DNA from: Pirellulales bacterium
Lineage (GTDB): Bacteria; Planctomycetota; Planctomycetia; Pirellulales; JAICIG01
Direction of reading: 5' to 3'
Length of the DNA stretch: 64,000 nt
Assembly: GCA_035531595.1 (NCBI GenBank)
Contig: DATKSN010000114.1
Span: 11,186 to 75,185 of the forward strand
This document shows, piece after piece, positions 57,253 to 64,000 of this stretch (positions are counted from its first letter, which is position 1; each line of letters begins with the position of its first letter). The position numbers were made by a program, and so were the translations under genes. The notes beneath the pieces are model-generated. The model had not been told where the DNA came from. It did no database searches and saw nothing but the letters and a program-made list of their open reading frames with translations.

Positions 57253-59688
57253 ATGGCAACTTTAACGCAACCGACTGTGTTCGACGCTCTGCTCGCCTCG
57301 CTGGCGAAGGCCGCGGACCACAACCGTGATGACGCGGTTGGGCCCGCCGCGGTCCTCTGGCCGGATGAGAAGCGGGAGTGGGAACGGCTCCTGCCCCGGA
57401 TCCGGGTATTGCTGCCGCACTTTCTCGTCTTGGGGCCATATGACAAACCCAACCGCACCGGCCCGGCGATCTGGCTTCGCTACGTCCTGGCGGCCAAGGT
57501 TCCCGACATCACCTGGCCGACAGGCACGGTGCCGATCATCTACCTGCCCGGCGTCAGCCGAGCCACACTGCGCGCGACCGAAGAATGCCCCAACGAGCTG
57601 AAGCCTCTGGCTGAACTCCAATACCGCGGTGCGTTCTGGTCGCAGGTCAATGCCAAGGACTGGACGATCGCCGCGTTCCTGCAAACGAACCACGGCGGCC
57701 TGCAACTCAAGATCGCCAAGGACCAGGCCACGGCGACCGCGATCCGCCGTGCCATCGACAAGCTGCTCGATGTGCCAGTTGCCGACTTGCAAGCCCAGTG
57801 CGCCAATGCCGAGCTTAACAGCCAATTCTTCAACCTGCTCATCAGCGACGATCCTGTGGACGACCTCTTGACCTGGCTTGCCGACCCACAAGCCACCCGC
57901 GAGCGATGGGACACTGACCGCTGGGAAGCCATGTGCGGCGACTCGGTGAAAAACTACGGCTTCGACCCAGCGCGCGACGGGCCGTTGGTCGGCGCCGAGA
58001 AACTCGGCCTGCAAGAGAAGAACGTTTGGAAGACCGCCTGGAAGCGATTCGCGACCGCACCCAGCCGTTACGCCGGCCTCATCGAACAGCTTCGCCGCGC
58101 CAAGCCGCAACCGAAAGGCGCGACCAAAGGGCAGCCGCTTTTCCAAAATGCCGAGGAATGCTGGCCCCAGGACAACGAGGCCGCGGAAGCCGAGCTTCGC
58201 CGGTCGTTGCTGCACGTCGCTTCGGCATCGCCGTCGGAGGCGCGCCAAACGCTCGCGGAGCTGGAAAACCATCACAAACAACGGCGCGAGTGGGTGTGGG
58301 CCAGGCTGCACCTGACACCGTTGGCCAACGCGCTACAACACCTCGCCCAACTGTCACAAGTCACCGAAACGCCGTTGACCGGCGCGACCCTCGCCGACAT
58401 GGTGAATGCCTACACTGGCGAGTTGAATCCTCACGCCACCGTAGACATCTCGCTCCGCGAGATGAATCCTCACGCGGAGCGTGAGGTCTACGATGGCTGG
58501 AAGGCCGATGCCGCGGTGCTCGACGCCCTTGCCGCGGTCTCGCACTCGCAAGATCGCGACGTGATATGCGGCGCCATTTCGCAGGTCTATACACCTTGGC
58601 TTCGCGACGCCGCTGAACTGTTCCAAGAGCGCGTCAAGCACGAGCCGTTACCCGGTCGCGAGTTGTCCCGCTTGTCGGACGTTGCCAGTGGAACCTGCGT
58701 CCTGTTCGCCGACGGTTTGCGGTACGATATTGGGCGGAAACTCAAGGCGGCTCTTGAAGTGAAGTTGGGTTCCGTGCAATTGCGGCACCAATTCGTCGCC
58801 CTGCCCTCCGTGACGCCGACCGCCAAGCCCGCCGTCTCGCCCGTCGCCGATAAGATCAAGGGATCCACGGCGGGCGAAGAATTCCGTCCCTGCGTGGCAG
58901 TGGGCGAAAAAGAACTGACGACTGACCGTTTCCGCAAGCTGCTGGAAGACGACGGTTATCAAATCCTCGGCCCTGCCGACAACGGCGAACCCAAGGGCCG
59001 CGCCTGGACCGAGTTTGGCAACCTCGACAAGACCGGACACCATGAAGGCATCGGACTCGCCAGGCGCATCGGGGAATTGCTCACGACCCTGACACAGCGG
59101 GTTGAGTCGCTCCTGGCCGCCGGTTGGCGAGAAGTCCGCATCGTGACCGACCACGGCTGGTTGCTCGTGCCCAAGTGTTTACCGAAGAGCGATCTGCCGA
59201 AATACCTCACGGCAACCCGCTGGGGGCGCTGTGCCGTCGTCAAGCCGTCGGCCACGGTCGAGTTTCCGTGCTTTTCGTGGTTTTGGGCGGCAGACGTGCG
59301 TATCGCTTGCCCCAGCGGCATTGACAGCTTCATCGCCGGCAAGGAGTACAGCCACGGCGGGCTCAGTTTGCAGGAGTGCGTTGTGCCGCAGCTTACAATC
59401 CAAGCCGCAAGCCAGCCCTTGGTTTCGGCGAGAATCGAGTCGTACAAGTGGGCCGGGCTCCGTTGCCGCGTCAAGGTTGAAGGGGGCTTCGACAACTGCA
59501 CCGTGGACCTGCGAGACAAGGCGGCCGACCCGGCATCCTCCCTGACAGGGGCGAAGTCGGTGGGCAAAGACGGCAGCCTGGCCCTCGTCGTCGAGTACGA
59601 TGCGCGGGATGGCACCGCGGCGATCCTCGTCTTGCTCGACGCGGACGGCAACGTCCTGGAAAAAACGCCCGTGACGGTAGGAGGGTAA
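57253..59688 (+). CDS. pglZ: BREX-1 alkaline-phosphatase-fold protein PglZ
   Basis: 811 aa. CVLFADGLRYDIGRKL and ...IVTDHGWLL are PglZ-domain motifs. Position fits, between pglX and brxL. Confidence 0.9.
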   Translation: MATLTQPTVFDALLASLAKAADHNRDDAVGPAAVLWPDEKREWERLLPRIRVLLPHFLVLGPYDKPNRTGPAIWLRYVLAAKVPDITWPTGTVPIIYLPGVSRATLRATEECPNELKPLAELQYRGAFWSQVNAKDWTIAAFLQTNHGGLQLKIAKDQATATAIRRAIDKLLDVPVADLQAQCANAELNSQFFNLLISDDPVDDLLTWLADPQATRERWDTDRWEAMCGDSVKNYGFDPARDGPLVGAEKLGLQEKNVWKTAWKRFATAPSRYAGLIEQLRRAKPQPKGATKGQPLFQNAEECWPQDNEAAEAELRRSLLHVASASPSEARQTLAELENHHKQRREWVWARLHLTPLANALQHLAQLSQVTETPLTGATLADMVNAYTGELNPHATVDISLREMNPHAEREVYDGWKADAAVLDALAAVSHSQDRDVICGAISQVYTPWLRDAAELFQERVKHEPLPGRELSRLSDVASGTCVLFADGLRYDIGRKLKAALEVKLGSVQLRHQFVALPSVTPTAKPAVSPVADKIKGSTAGEEFRPCVAVGEKELTTDRFRKLLEDDGYQILGPADNGEPKGRAWTEFGNLDKTGHHEGIGLARRIGELLTTLTQRVESLLAAGWREVRIVTDHGWLLVPKCLPKSDLPKYLTATRWGRCAVVKPSATVEFPCFSWFWAADVRIACPSGIDSFIAGKEYSHGGLSLQECVVPQLTIQAASQPLVSARIESYKWAGLRCRVKVEGGFDNCTVDLRDKAADPASSLTGAKSVGKDGSLALVVEYDARDGTAAILVLLDADGNVLEKTPVTVGG
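58426..58491. repeat. REP doublet (variant stem) plus a partial unit inside pglZ, in-frame
   Basis: aatcctcacgcca (partial), gtagacatctcgctccgcgagatg (58441-58464), aat, and cctcacgcggagcgtgaggtctac (58468-58491). Translated NPHATVDISLREMNPHAEREVYDG. Confidence 0.85.
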
Positions 59689-59702
59689 GGTTAAGAAATG
59701 AG

Positions 59703-60182
59703 CCACGGATGAAACACGGATGAAACACGGATAAGAGCACGCATAGGAGCACTGGTTGGATCATGGAATTGCAGCACAAGGAGATCACGGAGCAGATCAT
59801 CGGGGCCGCATTTGAGGTTCATCGAACTCTCGGCTACGGATTTCTGGAAAGGGTGTACCAGCGCGCCTTGCAGGTCGAACTTCGCAATCGCGGCCTCAAG
59901 GCCGAAGTTGCGGCCGGGGTCTGAGTCGTCTACAAGACCGCGGAAGTCGGATTTTACAAACCCGACTTGTTCGTGAACGATTCCGTCATCGTCGAACTCA
60001 AGGTTGCGAAGAGCTACAATTCGGAAGACGAGGCGCAGTTGCTCAATGAATTGAAGTCCACCGGCGTGAAGGTGGGCCTGCTCATCAACTTCGGCAGGAC
60101 CAAAGTCGAGTTCAAACGAATGGTGTTCTGACCGAGGCTTCTATATTCCGTTATCCGTGTTTCATCCGTGTTTCATCCGTGG
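59703..60182. mobile_element. Cassette bounded by perfect 32-bp inverted repeats and carrying a GxxExxY gene
   Basis: ccacggatgaaacacggatgaaacacggataa (59703-59734) is the exact reverse complement of 60151-60182. Mobility is inferred only. Confidence 0.45.
59763..60131 (+). pseudogene. GxxExxY family (PDDEXK_3) protein gene with an in-frame TGA
   Basis: My own translation is MELQHKEITEQIIGAAFEVHRTLGYGFLERVYQRALQVELRNRGLKAEVAAGV*VVYKTAEVGFYKPDLFVNDSVIVELKVAKS...GLLINFGRTKVEFKRMVF. It contains the G-x-x-E-x-x-Y (GFLERVY) and D...ELK motifs. The stop is at 59922-59924. Confidence 0.7.
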
Positions 60183-60200
60183 CCAACGAAGTTTTATCCT

Positions 60201-62246
60201 ATGGAACTTGATCAGCTCGACCGAACCGCCGCCGAAGCGTTCGACGGGTACATCGTCCGCAAGGATCTGGTGCGCAAATTCGCGCGGCAGTACCCCGTGC
60301 CCACCTACGTCTGCGAGTTCCTTCTGGGTCGCTACTGCGCCAGCACGGACGAACAAGAAATCCAGGAAGGCTTGCAGATCGTCGAGCGACAACTCCGCGA
60401 CCGGGCTGTTCGTAGCGGCGAGGAAGAACTGTTCAAGGCCCGCGCCAAGGAGACCGGGTCGGTCAAGATCATCGACGTCATTTCCGCCCGCCTCGACACG
60501 AAAACCAACTCCTTTCTGGCGACGCTTCCCAGCCTGCGACTGAAAGACGTTTCGATCGACGATCGGCTGGTACACGACAACGAACGAATGCTCACGGGCG
60601 GTTTCTACGCCGAGATCGACCTCACCTACGACGCCATCGTCGCCGAAGAGAAAAACGGCAGGCCATTCTCGGTGGCCGGCCTGCGGCCGATCCAGCTCAG
60701 CAAGCGCGAGGTGCTCGACGCGCTTTACGAAGGCCGCAGGCGGTTTGCCACCGCCGACTGGAAACAGTTTCTGCTCCGCGGCGTTGGACTGGAACCCACG
60801 CGGATCACGGGCCGAAACTTGGACGCGATGATTCTGCGCATGGTTCCATTCGTCGAAAACAACTACAACATGGTCGAGCTTGGCCCGAGGGGCACGGGCA
60901 AGAGCCACCTGTTCCAGCAGATCTCCCCCTACGCCCATCTGGTTTCCGGCGGCAAGGCCACCGTCGCACGCATGTTCGTCAACATGTCGTCCGGCCAACG
61001 GGGGCTGGTTTGCCAGTACGACGTGGTCTGCTTCGACGAAGTGTCGGGCGTTTCCTTCGATCAGAAGGACGGCGTCAACATCATGAAGGGCTACATGGAG
61101 TCGGGCGAATTCAGCCGGGGCAAAGAGAGCATCCGGGCTTACGGCAGCGTCGTGATGGTGGGCAACTTTGAGGTCGACGTCGAGCACCAGCAGCGAGTAG
61201 GCCATTTGTTCGGCCCGATGCCGCCCGAAATGCGGAACGACACGGCCCTGATGGATCGCATCCACTGCTACCTGCCCGGTTGGGACGTGCCCAAGATCAG
61301 CGAGGCGATCAAAACCGACCACTTTGGCCTCGTCTCCGATTTCTTGAGTGAATGCTGGAGCCGCTTGCGCAGCCAAAGCCGAATTGCCGGGCTTCAGGGC
61401 CGCCTCACCTACGGCGGCGCCCTGAGCGGACGCGATCAGAATGCCGTGACGAAGACGATCAATGGGCTGTTGAAGCTGATCCACCCCTGCGCGGACGATC
61501 AGGTTAGCGACGACGACCTCGAATGGGCCGTTCGCTTGGCCTTGGAATGCCGCCGGCGGGTGAAGGAGCAGCAAAAACGCATCGGCAGCGCCGAGTTTCG
61601 CAACACCCAATTCAGCTACACCCTCGGCCAGAATGGCGTCGAGAAGTTCGTGGTCACGCCCGAACTCCAGAGCGAAGACCACATTGGCCGCGATCCATTG
61701 CCGGCCGGGCAGGTGTGGGCCATCAGCCCCGGCGGCGAGGACGAGGGTTCCGGCTTGTACCGCATCGAGGTCAACGAGGGATCCGGCAGCGGCGTCAAGA
61801 TCCTCAACCGCCCGGCTCCGCCGGCCTTCGCGGAATCGGTGAAGTACGCTGAAGCCAATCTCAACTCGCGTTCCACGGAGCTCGTCGGCGACCGCAACCC
61901 GCGCGAGCACGAGTTTGCCATCCAGCTTCGCGCCTTCGACGCCAGCAAGAGTGGGCGATCCCTTGGTGTCGCCGCGTGTTTGGCGATGTGCTCCGCCCTG
62001 ATCAACAAGAGCCTTCGCGGCGGTTTGGTTGTTGTTGGCGGAATCAACCTCGGTGGTTCGATTGACCCACTTCACAACGCCATGGACGTGGTTGAAGTCG
62101 CCGCCGAGAAGGGCGCCTCCGTGATCCTCATTCCCGTGACTTCGCGCAAGCAGCTTAATGCGCTGTCCGACGATTTGGCGACCAAGGTCACGCTCGTCTT
62201 TTACAACGACGCCCGCGAGGCCCTCATTAAGGCGATCGCGGACTAG
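60201..62246 (+). CDS. brxL: BREX system Lon protease-like protein BrxL
   Basis: MELDQLDRTAAEAFDGYIVRKDLVRKF..., P-loop GPRGTGKSH, and a C-terminal Lon-protease-like domain (GVAACLAMCSALINKSLRGGLVVVGGINLGGSI). It is the terminal gene of the locus. Start set at 60201, because the ORF-track start lies in the inverted repeat. Confidence 0.9.
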   Translation: MELDQLDRTAAEAFDGYIVRKDLVRKFARQYPVPTYVCEFLLGRYCASTDEQEIQEGLQIVERQLRDRAVRSGEEELFKARAKETGSVKIIDVISARLDTKTNSFLATLPSLRLKDVSIDDRLVHDNERMLTGGFYAEIDLTYDAIVAEEKNGRPFSVAGLRPIQLSKREVLDALYEGRRRFATADWKQFLLRGVGLEPTRITGRNLDAMILRMVPFVENNYNMVELGPRGTGKSHLFQQISPYAHLVSGGKATVARMFVNMSSGQRGLVCQYDVVCFDEVSGVSFDQKDGVNIMKGYMESGEFSRGKESIRAYGSVVMVGNFEVDVEHQQRVGHLFGPMPPEMRNDTALMDRIHCYLPGWDVPKISEAIKTDHFGLVSDFLSECWSRLRSQSRIAGLQGRLTYGGALSGRDQNAVTKTINGLLKLIHPCADDQVSDDDLEWAVRLALECRRRVKEQQKRIGSAEFRNTQFSYTLGQNGVEKFVVTPELQSEDHIGRDPLPAGQVWAISPGGEDEGSGLYRIEVNEGSGSGVKILNRPAPPAFAESVKYAEANLNSRSTELVGDRNPREHEFAIQLRAFDASKSGRSLGVAACLAMCSALINKSLRGGLVVVGGINLGGSIDPLHNAMDVVEVAAEKGASVILIPVTSRKQLNALSDDLATKVTLVFYNDAREALIKAIAD

Positions 62247-62354
62247 GCAATTTGAAACACCGAACACACAAAACAACGAACGCCATCATGAAGGCCACCA
62301 AGGTTCTCCTGCGTTGGTACAAGTCCACATGACCCTCCATCGCACATTCATTTC

Positions 62355-63917
62355 ATGATCCCAACGCCAAAAACGACCGAGTCGCGCGGCTGGGGCGCGC
62401 CAAATGTCGTCCTGGCGACGGCCTTGGCCGTGTCGGCCGTGGCCGTGCTCGTTTGCGAGCGCGTGTTGCGCGGCCGCGAGTTGCCCTTGGGAATTCCCGG
62501 CGAGTGGGCTTGGGAGCGATTGCCCCTTTGGCGCGTGACTTCCTGGCCGGCCCAAGGCGTCGCCATCTTCCTGGCGCTTTCGCTGGCGACCTGGACGGCC
62601 TGGGGATTGAGCTGGATCGAGGGCGCCTCGCGCCGCGTCTGGCTGGCCTCCATCGCCTGTACCATGTTGCTGGCAGCCGCGTTTCAAATCGAAGCGGAAG
62701 CCGTGGCGCCGAAGGGTCTCCACAAATGGGCCACGGCGCTGTACCACGAGCAAATCAGCGGTCCCTATTGGGTGGCGCGTCACGAGGTCCGCGACGTCGA
62801 TTCGCTACTGCGTCATTACGACCGCTTCTTGGCCGCGCACCGTCCCGACCACATTTCGACGCATCCGCCGGGCTGGTTCATCGCCTATCGCGCCCTCTTG
62901 AGTTGGTTCGACGAGCACCCTGCCGCCGCCCATCGGGTTTGCCGCGCCCAGCCGAGCGATATGACGCTCGCGTTCGATCAACTCGAAGAAGGAGGGCAAC
63001 TCATTCCTCCGGCCGACCGCGCCACGATCGCGTGCGCGGCGCTCGGAAGCCGCGCCGCGGCGGTGCTGGTGGTGTTGCCGATCGCCTGGCTCGCGCGTCA
63101 GCGTGGTCGTCGTTCGACGGCTTGGATGGCGGCCGCCGGCGCCGCTTTGATACCGGCCGGCATTTTGTTCGCGCCGCGTTCCGACACGGTTTATCCGACC
63201 GCCGCGGCCCTGATTCTGGCGGTCACATGTCACACCATGCGCACACGGAGCCTGTTCTCCGCCGCCGCCGCCGGATGGTTGCTGTTCCTGGGCATGTTCA
63301 CCTCGTTGGCATTTGCCGCCGTCGGTGCGTTTGCCGGACTGTATGCGTCGCTCGAAGTCGTCAGCGGCCGAAGCCACACTGGCGTGACGTCGCCCGACGT
63401 GACCGCGCGGGGCGGCGGGCTGTGGCGCCTCGTGGGCGCCGCGGCGGCCGGCTGGCTGGCTTGTCCGCTGGTACTCTACCTTGGCTGGGGACACAATATC
63501 TTGCAAACCTGGTCGATCAATCTGGCCAAGAACGCCGAGTTCTACCAACATGTGCGACGGACCTATTCGTATTGGGTTTGCGTCAACCTCATCGAGTTGG
63601 CCGTGGCCATGGGCTTGCCGGCCGCCGTGTTGCTGGCCGTTCGAGCATCGAGCGAGTTGCGCGCAATCGCGCGGCGCCTTCCTTTCGATGCGCTCATGGT
63701 CAGTTGGCTGGCGATCTTGCTCCTTCTGAATTTCTCGGGCAAGAATCTAGGCGAGGTTGCCCGGCTCTGGCTGTTTCTGATGCCTCTCGGCGTGGCCCTG
63801 GCCGCGGAGCCATTGTGCCAACTTCACCGTCGCGCCGCCGCCGTGGCCGTGTTCGTGTTCGTCGTGCTGCAGGCTTTCGCCTGCCTGGTGCTGTCGCGCG
63901 ACCTGACGGTGCTGTAA
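62355..63917 (+). CDS. Polytopic inner-membrane protein of unknown function
   Basis: 520 aa with many hydrophobic segments. No motif I can name with confidence. Confidence 0.6.
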   Translation: MIPTPKTTESRGWGAPNVVLATALAVSAVAVLVCERVLRGRELPLGIPGEWAWERLPLWRVTSWPAQGVAIFLALSLATWTAWGLSWIEGASRRVWLASIACTMLLAAAFQIEAEAVAPKGLHKWATALYHEQISGPYWVARHEVRDVDSLLRHYDRFLAAHRPDHISTHPPGWFIAYRALLSWFDEHPAAAHRVCRAQPSDMTLAFDQLEEGGQLIPPADRATIACAALGSRAAAVLVVLPIAWLARQRGRRSTAWMAAAGAALIPAGILFAPRSDTVYPTAAALILAVTCHTMRTRSLFSAAAAGWLLFLGMFTSLAFAAVGAFAGLYASLEVVSGRSHTGVTSPDVTARGGGLWRLVGAAAAGWLACPLVLYLGWGHNILQTWSINLAKNAEFYQHVRRTYSYWVCVNLIELAVAMGLPAAVLLAVRASSELRAIARRLPFDALMVSWLAILLLLNFSGKNLGEVARLWLFLMPLGVALAAEPLCQLHRRAAAVAVFVFVVLQAFACLVLSRDLTVL

Positions 63918-64000
63918 AGAGGTGGGCGGCGCAAGACGCTACTACCCTGTCGCCGGGTGACCGGGCCGTGCCGGCGCCGACAGCGGCGAATTCGCAACGC

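Noticed and set aside
59922-59924. In-frame TGA in the GxxExxY gene as possible selenocysteine or programmed readthrough
   Set aside because: The position is not a Cys/Sec-type catalytic site in this family as I recall it. No SECIS-like hairpin is evident immediately downstream. The neighbouring cargo genes also carry lesions. A nonsense mutation or a sequencing error is the simpler explanation.

Overview
GC-rich bacterial chromosomal window. GC content was judged by eye, not computed. The gene content looks like Planctomycetota, Pirellulales-like, which is an inference from: PVC-type heme-binding dehydrogenases, an SHD1 protein, DUF4058 paralogs, a kinase/FGE-sulfatase fusion, RxRWLQFxLxTL-type membrane anchors, and many short intergenic palindromes.

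Positions 1-44.6 kb are mostly housekeeping and envelope genes:
- a NitT/TauT ABC transporter
- the large subunit of a methylmalonyl-CoA-mutase-family enzyme
- a CopA-type P1B ATPase
- an SDR
- an HpcH-aldolase/bicupin fusion
- two beta-propeller dehydrogenases fused to cytochrome c
- an ArsR regulator and an IMPase
- tdh-kbl and a thioesterase

These are interrupted by small toxin-antitoxin modules (DUF433/DUF5615, hicBA, a ParD-like orphan, a DUF4258 pair, and tacA with a decayed toxin), by gene remnants, and by a lower-GC GHKL-ATPase/nuclease-like singleton.

Positions 45.1-62.2 kb hold a complete type 1 BREX locus (brxA-brxB-brxC-pglX-pglZ-brxL) that is heavily mosaic:
- A REP-associated tyrosine transposase (RAYT), flanked by its REP doublets, sits between brxC and pglX.
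- An AAA-ATPase plus Toprim/DUF4276-like pair and a second hicBA sit between pglX and pglZ.
- An inverted-repeat-flanked GxxExxY cassette sits between pglZ and brxL.

The most unusual observation is that the palindromic REP units of that RAYT are also inserted inside brxC (1 site), pglX (4 sites) and pglZ (1 site). Every one of these insertions leaves the reading frame open. A second repeat family is also inserted in-frame in pglX. In contrast, all three nested cargo modules carry frameshift or nonsense lesions.

A promoter-to-terminator unit of about 200 nt with no plausible ORF lies just upstream of the BREX locus and is a candidate sRNA.

All calls rest on reading the supplied translations and sequence. 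No database search was run.
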